64,000 bases of DNA from the NCBI GenBank assembly GCA_964522435.1, contig CAZFUL010000003.1:57542-121541 (forward strand). The letters run 5' to 3'. Numbering within the stretch: position 1 is the stretch's first letter; each line of letters begins with the position of its first letter. Below are positions 1 through 10,500 of the stretch, in pieces. The translations under genes and the position numbers were made by a program. The DNA is from an uncultured Gammaproteobacteria bacterium. Its GTDB lineage: Bacteria; Patescibacteriota; Patescibacteriia; Magasanikbacterales; UBA922. The notes under the pieces were generated by a model. It was not told where the DNA came from. It saw nothing but the letters and a program-made list of their open reading frames with translations, and ran no database searches.

Positions 1-971
1 ATGATATCGTATCCTTCTGCCAAAAAGGTATAGTTGTCCCATTTGTATTCACCTAAAAGAATAGCACCAGCACCATTGGTCGTAACGGTCGTATCTACGC
101 GTAACACATTTGGATTTGTTCCAATTAATTCCGCGCCAAATATACGGATATCTACTTGTGGAATTGGCTCACACAAGCTATTGAGTGTTTGTAGATCTAT
201 GGAAGCGTGGCTATCAATAGTAAAGGTTACTTGCGTCAGTGATTGTGCAATAACAGATACGGGGGGTTGTGTTGGGTTTGGATTATCTATGCTACTTGTA
301 TATGTTTGGTCAGAGTTAAAGCCTCCTTTACTAATAGTAATATGGTAGCTTTCTTGACCAGGAGGAAGGTCGACTAAGGTTACTTTTCCATTATTATTGG
401 TGGTATCAGTAAGGTCAATAATTGGATCAGTGTTTGTTGCACTAATATGCACGCTAGCTCCTTGGACGGGTTGGCCGTTTGCATTTAATACTTCAATAAG
501 GAGAGCGCCATGATTGGGATTTCCTTCTAGATATTTGGGAGGAATAAGGGTATTCAAAAAAATAGGTTTTTGTTGAGGACAGGCAACACAACTAATTTCT
601 AAGTTAACAAATTTATAATCTGCAGGAGAAAGGTCGGTGCCTAATTCAATCGTCCCATCAAAGGGGTCATCAATATTCCGTATCGTCCTGGTAATAATAA
701 AATCAATATTGTTTCTTGTTGTGGTTGTTGTGCGGGGCAATACGCCGGCAGGGCTTCCATTTACAATGCCAACATCCTCAAAAGGCATGTTGCGAAGAAT
801 TTCTATCTGTTCATTAAGAATAGCTGTTTCTAAAATTTTTAAACGAGAGTGATACACTGTTTTGAATGTGTATTGAATACTACTATAAATGCCAACAGCA
901 AATAACATAAATATGCCAAGCGCAACAACAATTTCAAGAAGGCTGGTTCCTTGTTTATTTGTGACAGGCAT
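1..971 (-). CDS. Prepilin-like (type IV pilin / pseudopilin) protein, C-terminal part outside window; contains carboxypeptidase-regulatory-like beta domain
   Basis: Reverse-strand translation starting at ATG (complement of 969-971) gives MPVTNKQGTSLLEIVVALGIFMLFAVGIYSS: class III signal/prepilin motif (G|TSLLE, Glu at +5) followed by hydrophobic helix; downstream Gly/Thr/Asn-rich beta-type sequence (NGKVTLVDLPPGQESYHITISKGGF). Open frame continues to window edge; not in ORF track because truncated. Confidence 0.6.
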   Translation of the reverse strand, partial: MPVTNKQGTSLLEIVVALGIFMLFAVGIYSSIQYTFKTVYHSRLKILETAILNEQIEILRNMPFEDVGIVNGSPAGVLPRTTTTTRNNIDFIITRTIRNIDDPFDGTIELGTDLSPADYKFVNLEISCVACPQQKPIFLNTLIPPKYLEGNPNHGALLIEVLNANGQPVQGASVHISATNTDPIIDLTDTTNNNGKVTLVDLPPGQESYHITISKGGFNSDQTYTSSIDNPNPTQPPVSVIAQSLTQVTFTIDSHASIDLQTLNSLCEPIPQVDIRIFGAELIGTNPNVLRVDTTVTTNGAGAILLGEYKWDNYTFLAEGYDI

Positions 972-1012
972 AAAAATAAATGTTGATATACGAGTAGTAT
1001 ATCATACCGTAG

Positions 1013-1516
1013 CTATACTTGTGCTAAGAGTTTTGCTACGGACGCGTGTGCCACCTCTTTTCTTGTTTCTTCTGACCATTCAGGATGTTGTTTTTGTAAG
1101 TCCTGCTCATAGGCAGTAACAAGATCATCTTGCATATGAAGAAGCTCTTCATGGTGTTCCTGTATTTGTTTTTTTAGTTTTGCTATATGTTGTTCATCAT
1201 GTACGAGCGAGGTGCTTGTGTCAGACTGTTGTTGCAGTTGGAGTTGTTTTCGAATAGCGGTGATCATCTGTTGTACCTGGGTCATGTGTAAAAGAATATT
1301 TGCGATTTGCTGTTTATTGCTTTTTACTTCTTTTACCAATAAGTCGGCTCGTTCAAGTGTGGCGGCCGCAAGCAACTCTGGATCAATTTCTTTTTCTTTT
1401 TGTTCGCGAGACTCTCTGTTTTTTTCTTTTTCTGCGGGTGAATATACTTCAGGGCTAGGCATACAATAACAGGATAAAATTTTCTCTAGTATAGTGCAAA
1501 TAGCGTACTCTCGCAA
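1013..1516 (-). CDS. Hypothetical coiled-coil protein (Gln/Glu/Lys-rich); likely true start ATG at 1462 (MPSPEVYSPAEKEK)
   Basis: ORF track 167 aa beginning with a TTG codon that overlaps a sigma70-like promoter; the internal ATG at 1462 is 25 nt downstream of TTGCGA-N17-TATACT. Heptad-like charged sequence, no recognizable domain. Confidence 0.4.
   Translation of the reverse strand: MREYAICTILEKILSCYCMPSPEVYSPAEKEKNRESREQKEKEIDPELLAAATLERADLLVKEVKSNKQQIANILLHMTQVQQMITAIRKQLQLQQQSDTSTSLVHDEQHIAKLKKQIQEHHEELLHMQDDLVTAYEQDLQKQHPEWSEETRKEVAHASVAKLLAQV
1488..1516 (-). promoter_or_regulatory. Sigma70-like promoter TTGCGA-N17-TATACT for the coiled-coil/pilin-like genes
   Basis: Read on minus strand: TTGCGAgagtacgctatttgcacTATACT, 17-nt spacer, about 25 nt upstream of ATG 1462. 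Confidence 0.4.
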
Positions 1517-1522
1517 TAAAAA

Positions 1523-1546
1523 AACCCCGATTCAATCGGGGTTTTT
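1523..1546 (-). terminator. Rho-independent terminator (recurrent CCCCGATTGAATCGGGG hairpin) after rpsR; bidirectional
   Basis: aaCCCCGATTCAATCGGGGttttt; perfect 6-bp GC-rich stem, A-run upstream and T-run downstream. Confidence 0.8.
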
Positions 1547-1547
1547 A

Positions 1548-1766
1548 CTATTTTGAGAATGGGAGGAGTCCTGCGATACGAGCTTGTTTGATTGCTTTTG
1601 CTACTTTGCGTTGAAACATTGAGGAAAGACCACTTCTTCTTCGTGGACGAATTTTTCCATAAGAAGAAAGGAATTTTTTTAATGTTTCTACATCTTTATA
1701 ATCAACATGTTGAATATTGTTTGATTTAAAGTAACATGCGCGTTTTTGTTTTCCTGTTTTTACCAT
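1548..1766 (-). CDS. rpsR: 30S ribosomal protein S18
   Basis: 72 aa; [38 protein letters not shown]...[13 protein letters not shown] matches S18 family; operon context rpsF-ssb-rpsR. Confidence 0.9.
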   Translation of the reverse strand: MVKTGKQKRACYFKSNNIQHVDYKDVETLKKFLSSYGKIRPRRRSGLSSMFQRKVAKAIKQARIAGLLPFSK

Positions 1767-1781
1767 AAGGGAGGGATGTTA

Positions 1782-2222
1782 TTAAAATGGGATATCTTCA
1801 ACTTTTATTTCTTCTCCATCTTCAGGCAGTGGTGGCATAGAGTCACTTGCTCCAGATGAGGAACTAGATCCTGGGTTTGCTGCTCCTTCACCTCGAGGGC
1901 CATCAAGCATAATGAGATTGTCGACAATAATTTCTGTTCTATATCGTTTTACGCCATCTTGCCCATCCCAACTACGGGTTTCAATGCGTCCTTCCATATA
2001 CACTCGGCGACCTTTACTGAGGTATTGTCCGGCGATTTCAGCGAGTTTTCCCCATAACACACAGTTATGAAATTCGCTTCTCTCTTGTTTGACACCGCTT
2101 TTGTCTGTCCAAACGCGGCCGGTAGCAACTGAGATAGTTGCAACCTGTTGACCACTGGGCGTGGTCTTTACTTCTGGGTCTCGGGTTAGTCTCCCGAGAA
2201 TGGTGGCTCTGTTGAGATCCAT
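1782..2222 (-). CDS. ssb: Single-stranded DNA-binding protein
   Basis: 146 aa; OB-fold sequence LNRATILGRLTRDPEVKTTPSGQQVATISVAT, Gly/Ser-rich linker and acidic C-terminal tail ending DIPF. Confidence 0.9.
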   Translation of the reverse strand: MDLNRATILGRLTRDPEVKTTPSGQQVATISVATGRVWTDKSGVKQERSEFHNCVLWGKLAEIAGQYLSKGRRVYMEGRIETRSWDGQDGVKRYRTEIIVDNLIMLDGPRGEGAANPGSSSSSGASDSMPPLPEDGEEIKVEDIPF

Positions 2223-2291
2223 ATGAATGATACGTTAAATATTACCTCCTTTAACCCACGTTTTAGTTAACGTTTAGGATTAAATCTATGT

Positions 2292-2798
2292 TTAAACGTC
2301 TCCGATTGACTCATCACCTAATATTTTATCTAATTCTTTATCAATATCAGCAATAGTTGTTGGGGCTTCAACTGCTTGTTCAGCAGGTTTTTCTGTTTTC
2401 TTTTCTTCTTCTTTTACCGCTACTTCTGCTTCGTCATCGGTATGAAAGGCTGGAGTTTTTTCTCCTTGCGCTTGCATTTCTGCCATACGTGATACGTATT
2501 GATTTTGTTTTTCTTCGTTATATTTTTGAATCATGACACGTAATAAGTCAGTCATGAGGCCTAATTTTTTTTGAATCGCAGGCACTTGTGCTGGATCTGC
2601 TTGAAACAAGGCGCGGTAAAAGTACCCATAGCGGATATGTTTCATTGGGTATGCCAAGCGATTTTTGCCCATGTCAGTAACAGCAACCCCTGTTCCACCT
2701 TGTTCTTCAATTGCGGTTGTAATAGAAGCAATATGAGGAGGAAGTTCGTCTTCAGCAAAAGTCCCTGGGAGAATACAAAGCAGTTCGTATGTATGCAT
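2292..2798 (-). CDS. rpsF: 30S ribosomal protein S6 with acidic C-terminal extension
   Basis: 168 aa; MHTYELLCILPG...GKNRLAYPMKHIRYGYFY matches S6; conserved rpsF-ssb-rpsR order. Confidence 0.85.
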   Translation of the reverse strand: MHTYELLCILPGTFAEDELPPHIASITTAIEEQGGTGVAVTDMGKNRLAYPMKHIRYGYFYRALFQADPAQVPAIQKKLGLMTDLLRVMIQKYNEEKQNQYVSRMAEMQAQGEKTPAFHTDDEAEVAVKEEEKKTEKPAEQAVEAPTTIADIDKELDKILGDESIGDV

Positions 2799-2988
2799 AA
2801 TAAAAATAAATACAGTAGGTAAAATACGGTTTAGTAATAAAAAGATACCACATGTAAAGTGTCGCTACTATATCAGGGGTTTTTGAGGCTGTCAAGGCCA
2901 ATAAAGGCTTTTTTTAGCGTTTTTTTATTATTTTCTGTTCTAAGGGGAGTATGCTATACTTATTCTATAATGTTAGATATATAGTACT

Positions 2989-4026
2989 ATGCGATCTGCG
3001 GTATCTTATTTTTTATTTTTTGCTCTATTAAGCAATTTTTTTCTTCCTCAGCTGGTTCGCGCTAATATGACAGGCGGGGGGTTTGCTATTTATGCGGATT
3101 CGTTTTCTATTGTGAGTGATGAATATACAACTGGGGGTAACTTTGGATTATTTGGAACGGCGGGAGAATTTGGTGCGGGCATTATTCAAAGTCCTATTCA
3201 AGGAAGTATTGTTCAGGTAGATGAATATATTGCTCACTCGAATTTAACCCATGAAATAACTATAGGTGATGGAGTTGTTACAACTACCTTTGCTCTTCGC
3301 AATGGTGCAGGATTATTAAATGGCCAACTATTAGATGGTGTCGGGCCGGAGATTGTTATTGATTGGGGTGGAGCAGCATCAACGAATCAAGGACTATTGT
3401 CTGATAGAATTGCTCAGGCAATTAATGCCGAAACGCATAATCTTGCAATATATGCGCAAAGTGATGGGGTAGACAGTGTTTTTCTTACCAACATTCGAAC
3501 AGAGGGGGCTCAAGCCGTTGCTATTGTAGAAAACATTACCGAAGATGCCATGACTTTTTCAGGCATGTCTCAAAATGGGACACGTTCCTTACGTGGTGGG
3601 TTTCAGGCTATGGAATTAGGCGCAGTTTCTCTTACCTTTAATACCACTACGGTTAATTTATCAGATTTAACGCTTCTAAGTGTTGCGAGTTCGTCTATCA
3701 CTGCAACCGTTACGTCAGATGGGGGGTATGTATTAAGCGCTCAAGAAGATGGGAATTTACGTACGGGTATTCATGATATCGATGATGTTATTGGGGGCGC
3801 CGTTGTTGCAGGAACAGAAGGTTATGGGATACGCACGAGTGGTGATGATGGCCAACAAAATGGCGCCGATGTTGCGTTAACGGGGATTGATCTTACGATT
3901 GCGAGTAATATAGGATCTGTCGTTGGAGAAGATACGATCATTGATTTTCGAGCAGCGATCGATCAAGACAGTATTGGCGGAGACTACAGTCATATTGTTA
4001 CCTTTACTATTACTTCATCATTATGA
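2989..4026 (+). CDS. Secreted hypothetical protein (signal peptide; Gly/Thr/Ser-rich beta-type sequence)
   Basis: 345 aa; N-terminal hydrophobic signal MRSAVSYFLFFALLSNFFLPQLVRA; first gene of a 4-gene plus-strand envelope cluster; stop overlaps next start (ATGA). Confidence 0.55.
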   Translation: MRSAVSYFLFFALLSNFFLPQLVRANMTGGGFAIYADSFSIVSDEYTTGGNFGLFGTAGEFGAGIIQSPIQGSIVQVDEYIAHSNLTHEITIGDGVVTTTFALRNGAGLLNGQLLDGVGPEIVIDWGGAASTNQGLLSDRIAQAINAETHNLAIYAQSDGVDSVFLTNIRTEGAQAVAIVENITEDAMTFSGMSQNGTRSLRGGFQAMELGAVSLTFNTTTVNLSDLTLLSVASSSITATVTSDGGYVLSAQEDGNLRTGIHDIDDVIGGAVVAGTEGYGIRTSGDDGQQNGADVALTGIDLTIASNIGSVVGEDTIIDFRAAIDQDSIGGDYSHIVTFTITSSL

Positions 4027-4877
4027 CCTTGCGTAGGATATATTCATTTTTTATAGCAGGAGTATTTCTTTTTGGATTTCCTCAAGCTTTGTTCGCCCTG
4101 ACCCTTGGTCCTTCTAAACAAACGATTGTGGTTGATCAAGGACAAACAGCCACTGCGAACATTTTTGTTCTCAATGATGGAGAGACTCCCCAAACATATA
4201 TTGGAGAAGTAGATGCCTTCGTTGCTTCTGCAGATGGGGTGACCCCGGTGTTTGGTCAGACGGATGAGGCAAAAAAATGGATATCTATTCAACCCGCTAC
4301 CCTTTCTTTGGACCCAGGAGAAAAAGGAATAATGACCTTTTCTATTTCTATTCCTCAAGGAACGGCCCCAGGCGCACATTATCTTGGATTATTTGCGCGG
4401 CAACAAGCGGCGGAAGGACAAGTAGGAATTGCCAGTCGAGCAGGATCGTTGTTGTTTTTATATGTATCTGGAGCTATTGAGGAAGAGTTGCAGCTACAAG
4501 AACTGAGTGTAGAAGGAAACTTTTTTTCAAAAGAACGAAAGCTTTTTGTACAAACAAAAAATTTGGGAAATATTCATATTATTCCTAAAGGAACAGTGAG
4601 TATAAAAAATATGTCGCAGACTTCCTTGTTTCAACGAGAGCTTAATCCTCACACAAAAAGCGTGTATGTGGGGCAGACCTGGAAATTTCAAGAAGATATG
4701 GTATTGCCAAGTGTACGAGCGATAGGAAAAAATAGCGCAGACCTGCAGGTTCACTATGGGGTATCTGAAAAAATAATAACGGGACAGGTATCATTTTGGT
4801 ATATACCGCTGTGGCTTTTTTATACCGTTGGTGCCATGATTATTGCTGTAAGTATCTTCTTTTTTCGCCGTCGATAA
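4023..4877 (+). CDS. Cell-surface protein: signal peptide, beta-rich ectodomain, C-terminal TM anchor with basic tail (DUF916/CscA-like architecture, inference)
   Basis: 284 aa; N-terminal signal (FIAGVFLFGFPQALFA), C-terminal WYIPLWLFYTVGAMIIAVSIFFFRRR; translationally coupled to upstream gene. Confidence 0.55.
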   Translation: MTLRRIYSFFIAGVFLFGFPQALFALTLGPSKQTIVVDQGQTATANIFVLNDGETPQTYIGEVDAFVASADGVTPVFGQTDEAKKWISIQPATLSLDPGEKGIMTFSISIPQGTAPGAHYLGLFARQQAAEGQVGIASRAGSLLFLYVSGAIEEELQLQELSVEGNFFSKERKLFVQTKNLGNIHIIPKGTVSIKNMSQTSLFQRELNPHTKSVYVGQTWKFQEDMVLPSVRAIGKNSADLQVHYGVSEKIITGQVSFWYIPLWLFYTVGAMIIAVSIFFFRRR

Positions 4878-4883
4878 TACGCT

Positions 4884-7442
4884 ATGACTATTCGGAATCA
4901 ACTTGTATTTCTTTATGGCTGCATGACGGCCTGCTTTTTTTTGAGTAGTATTTTATGGTGGGTGAGTGTTGTTCGAGCACAAGATATTACGATAGATGTA
5001 ACGGTTCCCGCCATTTGTGGTAATGGCGTTCAAGAAGGAGCAGAAGAGTGTGATGAGGCTGATTTAAATGATCAAACTTGTGCTAATGAGGGATTCGCTG
5101 GTGGTGGCAATTTAGCCTGTCAGGTAGATTGTACCTTTGACACCAATGATTGTCGTGTTGGTGGTGGGGGTGGGGGCGGCGGAGGTGGTCCACAACTACC
5201 AGATCCTGAGCCGCAACCAGAACCCGAACCTCCGGTCCTACCTAATCCTGTATGTGGAGATGGTATAAAAGAAGGGGCAGAAGGTTGTGATGACGGAAAT
5301 CTTTTAGATACAGATTTTTGTAATTCCCAGTGCCAACCACGAGTCATTGTTTGTGGAAATGCATTAGTAGAAGTAGATGAACAATGTGACGATGGAAATG
5401 TGCAAAATGCAGATGGCTGTAGTAATCAATGTCGTGTTGAAGCACCGCTTGCTATTTGTGGTAATGGACAAATAGAGGCCGCAGAACAATGTGATGATGG
5501 GAATCTGCAAAATGCGGATGGCTGTAGTAATCAATGTACCATCGAGCTCCCGGCACCGATCTGTGGTAATCGTCAGATAGAACAAGGAGAACAATGTGAT
5601 GATGGAAATGCGCAAAACGCGGATGGGTGTAGTGATCAATGCCGGGTTGAAATTCCTGTTATTCCTCCTCAGGTGATTCCTCCTATCATTAACCCCCCAG
5701 TTGATCCTATTGCTGGTGGAGAAAATGGAGATGGCGGCGGGGGAGCGGATAGAGAACGAATAACTCTGGGACAAGTAGTATTTTGGATCGCAAATGGAGC
5801 TTTTGTGGTAACGCCCGATGAGCAACAACAGTTGCGAACAGTACAGGGGGATGCTCTTATTATTGGAATCCATGAGCATAATATTCCTCAAGCCGATGTT
5901 GCGCAAATTATCATTCGTGTGGGAGAAAAACAATTCGCGTTTACCTATTCTGCAACCGATGGTAGGTATTATGTCACTGTTCCTGTATCATCCGGTGTTG
6001 CCAATGCTACCGTAAGCATTACGTACAAAGAAGGAATGGAAGATCGTATCTCGTTTCGTATTCTTGGGGTACCGCTTGGCCGCATAATAGATGAAGAAAA
6101 AAATCCACTCTCTCAAGTGCGGGTTTCTCTTATCAATAATGAAACGCAACAGCTAGTAAATGTTGCCGTGGTTGGAGGGACAAATCCCTCTGTAACCGTT
6201 GCAGATGGGCAATATTATTTTCTTGTGCCTAATGGTCGCTATAGCTTGCGCATAGAAAAAGAAGGATTTCATATACGCAATACCCTCGCTTTTGTTGTGA
6301 ATGATCACATCATTAATCAAGAATATGTGTTAATAAAAAAACAGGAAACGATTTTAGAGGCTTTGGCAGGACTTGATGAGAATGCCCCTATTACTGAACG
6401 AGCAACCGTATTATCGCAAGCAATCGTAAATAATGTTCAAGAACAAAGCGCGTTAATTACTCAACAAATAACAGAACGTCTTGCCCTTGTTAATGACGTT
6501 GCGGATGATCCGCAAGTAGAAGAAACAGTAGAAATATTTGTAGCCCCGAGTGTTGTTGGGGTATCTGCGGCGATTATTGTTCCTTCCCTATGGTCGAGTA
6601 TTTTTCCCTTGTTGCGCTATATATTTTTACAACCACTTTTGTTATTGGGAAAACGTACCCGTCGAGAATGGGGTATTGTATACAACAGTTTAACAAAACT
6701 TCCTTTGGATTTGGCGGTTGTTCGTCTTATTGATGCCGCCACAGGTAAAGTAAAACAATCTCGCGTAACAGACACGCATGGACGATATTTATTTATTACT
6801 GAACCGGGGGAATATACGGTTGAAGTAGCAAAAGCAGGATTTACCTTTCCTTCTCAAATTATTCGTCATGTGCGCAATGATGGAAAATTTGTAGACGTAT
6901 ATCATGGAGAAACAATTCGGGTAGCATCTGATAATGTTACTATTACTCCCAATGTTCCACTTGATCCTGCCGGAGAAGTAAAAACACCCAAGAGAGTTGT
7001 TTGGGAGACACGATTGCGTATCCTGCAACAGACTATCTCGGTTTTTGGTATTCTCTTGGCGCTTATTTCTGTATATATTAGCCCAACGGTCTTTACGATT
7101 GGTTTTTTGATACTCCATATGGCGATGTATATTGGTTTCCGTGCATGGATTCAACCCAAACAGCCCAAAGGCTGGGGTATTGTATATAATGAAATCAATA
7201 AAGAACCAGTTTCTGGTGCGGTGGTACGACTCTTTACAAAAGAATATAATAAATTGGTCGCAACGCAAATAACGGATCGCAAAGGACGCTACGCGTTTTT
7301 AGTTGGTCCAAGTACGTATTATGTCACGTCACAAAAAACTGGATATGACAGAGTACAAACAGGAGAAATTGCTATCGACACCAACGAAGAACAATCGTTT
7401 TTAAAAGAAGATGTTCCTATGTCGCAGCATCCTAAGGAATAA
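4884..7442 (+). CDS. Large membrane/surface protein with five cysteine-rich repeats (CGNGxxExxExCDDGNxxNxDGCSxxC), Gly and Pro-Glu low-complexity linkers, three carboxypeptidase-regulatory-like domains and internal TM helices
   Basis: 852 aa; N-terminal TM; repeats at aa ~45-260 (Myxococcus-type cysteine-rich repeat, by memory); G11 run then PEPQPEPEPP; three GRY(x)F...G(x)Y beta-sandwich motifs each preceded by a hydrophobic helix. Confidence 0.7.
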   Translation: MTIRNQLVFLYGCMTACFFLSSILWWVSVVRAQDITIDVTVPAICGNGVQEGAEECDEADLNDQTCANEGFAGGGNLACQVDCTFDTNDCRVGGGGGGGGGGPQLPDPEPQPEPEPPVLPNPVCGDGIKEGAEGCDDGNLLDTDFCNSQCQPRVIVCGNALVEVDEQCDDGNVQNADGCSNQCRVEAPLAICGNGQIEAAEQCDDGNLQNADGCSNQCTIELPAPICGNRQIEQGEQCDDGNAQNADGCSDQCRVEIPVIPPQVIPPIINPPVDPIAGGENGDGGGGADRERITLGQVVFWIANGAFVVTPDEQQQLRTVQGDALIIGIHEHNIPQADVAQIIIRVGEKQFAFTYSATDGRYYVTVPVSSGVANATVSITYKEGMEDRISFRILGVPLGRIIDEEKNPLSQVRVSLINNETQQLVNVAVVGGTNPSVTVADGQYYFLVPNGRYSLRIEKEGFHIRNTLAFVVNDHIINQEYVLIKKQETILEALAGLDENAPITERATVLSQAIVNNVQEQSALITQQITERLALVNDVADDPQVEETVEIFVAPSVVGVSAAIIVPSLWSSIFPLLRYIFLQPLLLLGKRTRREWGIVYNSLTKLPLDLAVVRLIDAATGKVKQSRVTDTHGRYLFITEPGEYTVEVAKAGFTFPSQIIRHVRNDGKFVDVYHGETIRVASDNVTITPNVPLDPAGEVKTPKRVVWETRLRILQQTISVFGILLALISVYISPTVFTIGFLILHMAMYIGFRAWIQPKQPKGWGIVYNEINKEPVSGAVVRLFTKEYNKLVATQITDRKGRYAFLVGPSTYYVTSQKTGYDRVQTGEIAIDTNEEQSFLKEDVPMSQHPKE
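5352..5666 (+). repeat. Three tandem 105-bp direct repeats (each encoding one Cys-rich module) inside CDS 4884..7442; two degenerate copies upstream (~5010-5100, ~5252-5340)
   Basis: Repeat units start at 5352, 5457, 5562 (tgtggWaat...gatggNtgtagtaatcaatg), about 85-90% identity, in frame. Confidence 0.8.
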
Positions 7443-7463
7443 TAACTTTCAAGAACCACGAAC

Positions 7464-7490
7464 AGCCCCAAATAATTTGGGGTTGTTTTT
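7464..7490 (+). terminator. Rho-independent terminator after the Cys-rich repeat protein gene
   Basis: agCCCCAAATaatTTTGGGGttgttttt hairpin plus T-run 20 nt after stop. Confidence 0.7.
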
Positions 7491-7567
7491 ATATTTTCAT
7501 TTTTTTTCATTATTTTTTTGCTACTCTTCTAACAGAAAGAGTATTCATTTATGTTAAGGAGGAACAT

Positions 7568-10500
7568 ATGCGTTATCGTATTTTTATTGTGGGTATATTA
7601 GTACTTATTGGCGTGTTAGGCATTTTTTATAATAGTTATACACAAGGTTCTGCAATTATTATTTCCGAAATTGGCGCCAGCGAAGCAAGTGGACTTGAGT
7701 GGATAGAACTCTACAATAGGAGTAATGAGGCAATCGATGTGACTGATTGGATTTTTTTTGAAGCAGAGACAAATCATACCCTAACCCTGGTACAGGGAAC
7801 GAGCACGATTCAGGCGAAAGAATTTTTTGTTGTTGCACAAGATAGCACCCAGTTGCTTGAACGAGATGCATTATCCGGGATTACAGTATTTGATAGTGCC
7901 TGGGGGAGCTTAAACGAAAAAGGAGAATCTCTTGCAATAAAAGATCAAATCGGAAATATTGTTGAGCAATTTGTATATATCGCAAGTAGCAATTTTTCCT
8001 TAGAAAAAATAGATCTTGATGCATTTATCTATTCAGCAGAAAATTGGAAGGAACATCCCACTGGGCATTCTTTAGGAAAAGAAAATTATTGGAGTAGTGT
8101 ACCAACAGAAGATTTGCCGCCTGAAAACGAGGGAGAACCAGATGTTCAAGAACATGGGTTTATCCCTATTGTGATAAACGAAGTGGTATCAGATCCGGAG
8201 AGCGGTGGTGAATGGATAGAGTTACTGTCACTTGCTACGACAAGCGTGCAAGTAGCAAACTGGGAGATCTATGATAGTAGTGGAAAGATAGCTACCGTAT
8301 CAAGCACTCTTGAACCAGGATCTTTTTTTGTGGTGGAGCTTGCACGTTCTGTACTAAATAATACTGGTGACACGGTGATATTGCGGAATCATACTGGCAT
8401 AGAGGTGGAGCGTATCGTCTATGGGGTTGCGGATGGTGCCGTTGTTTCTGCGCCCCAAAAAGGCCAAAGTATTGCAAGAACGATGCCGGCTAGTGGCGAG
8501 TTTGTGATCACAACAACTATTACGAAAGGAGAAAAAAATAGTATCGTTTTTCCTGTACCTGAAGAAGGTTCTTCTCCACAAGAACCACCAGCTTCCCCGA
8601 GTAGCACACCAACCCCCACGGGTGTTATTGGTGATATTGTTATTAATGAATTGGTCTCTGATCCTGCTGATGACTCCGAAGAATTTATTGAATTATATAA
8701 TAGTACTCAGGCCACCGTGAGTATTGATGGCTGGTATATAGAAGATGGAAGTGAAGGTAAAACAGTATTGCAGGGGAATATTCCTGGGCAAGGATTTTTT
8801 GTCGTAGAAAAACCAAAAGGAAGTTTAAATAATGCCGGAGATTTAGTGCTGTTGTTTGATGCGTATCGAGATCAAATGGATAGTGTGGCGTATGGGAGTT
8901 GGGACGATGGAAATAAAGCAGATAATGCTCCGGTGGCAAAAGATCCACAATCCTTGTCGCGCAAATCCGATGGCAGTGACACGGATTATGACTATCATGA
9001 TTTTGTCATAACTGATGTGGTAACACCAGGAGAATCAAATCGTATTCATGAGAGCGGTATGCTTGGGCAAGGAATATATACAAAAGATCTTCGTATTTCA
9101 GAACTCTTTCCCAATCCCAAAGGAAGTGATACGGAACAGGAATTTATTGAACTGTTTAATTACGGAGAGATTCCTATTGCCTTACAAGGCTGGCAGATGG
9201 GGGATAACTCTAAAAAAATTTTTCGTTTTACAGACAACCACGAAATTCATCCCTTTTCATATCTCCTGTTGTATCGTTCTGAAACAGGCATTTCTTTGAA
9301 CAATTCTGGTACAGAAGAAGTACATGTATTTGCACCCAATGGAGAAATAATAGATTCGTTGCAATATAGCGGATCAGTAAAAGAGGAGAGTAGCTTTGCT
9401 CGATTTGGGGATACGAGAACTGACTGGACGACTCTTGCGACGCCAGGAAAAGAAAATGTGTTACAAGGACAAGCCGCGGCACCACAGATTGTTTTTCAAT
9501 CAATACCAGATGCCTTTGTCAATGAACCGATTTCTTTTGATGCGTCAGATACTATTGATGAGGATAGTGATAGCTTGTCTTTTTTTTGGGATCTGGGAGA
9601 CACGACAACCAGTAGTAACGAATCATTTATCCACCGCTATACCCAACCCGGAATATATACGATTCAATTAACGGTTCAAGACAGTGAAGCAAATAGTTCA
9701 ACGATGCAACGCATGATACGTATCAGTGATGTTATTGGGGCGACCGAACAGTTTGCTACGTCGTCGTATCATGCCCTGCGGATTACTGAGTTAGTCCCTA
9801 ATCCAGAAGGGACAGACGATACAGAGTTTATTGAATTATTTAATGCAGGATTTGTGGATATAGATATTTCAGATTTGTTTCTTGATGATGAAGATGGTGG
9901 TTCGAAGCCCTATCGCTTTCCTTCTGGTACGAGTATTGCGGCTCAATCATATCGGGTGTTTTCTCGTACTGAGACAAAATTAGCATTAAATAATACCGCA
10001 GACCATGTGCGTTTGTTGAGTAAAGAAAAAGATATATTATTAGATGTGGCATATGATGGAAGTGTGGAAGGGGCTGCATATGTCCTAGATGATGTCGGAA
10101 ATTGGGTATGGTCACAGCGTATTACTCCAGGAGAAATATCGTATGTTGAGGAATTGGATATCATATTATCTTCTACGAAAAAAAATAATAAAGAAAAAAT
10201 AGTTCTGTCCACCACGATTGCGGGGGCAAAACAACAAGATGTTGGAGATATGGTAGATGTGTATGGCGTTGTTGCCGTTGAACCAGGTGTCTTTGGGACG
10301 CAATATTTTTATATGGTTGATGAAGAACAACAAGCCATACAGGTGTATATGTATAAAAAAGATTTTCCCTCACTTTCTATTGGAGATGGCATGTATGTGC
10401 GAGGTGAATTGGCAATGACAAAAGGAGAGTGGAGAATAAAAACAAGTGACAAAGAAGATATTCGTGCACATGATCACCCGAATCTTGAGGATATTATGAC

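Noticed and set aside
34-348. Plus-strand 104-aa ORF at the window start
   Set aside because: Lies antisense inside the truncated minus-strand prepilin-like gene, which has a clear pilin N-terminus. No start context or domain. Treated as spurious.
5364-5933. 189-aa minus-strand ORF inside the Cys-rich repeat gene
   Set aside because: Antisense to a strongly supported 852-aa CDS. Arises from the repetitive, low-stop sequence of the repeat region.
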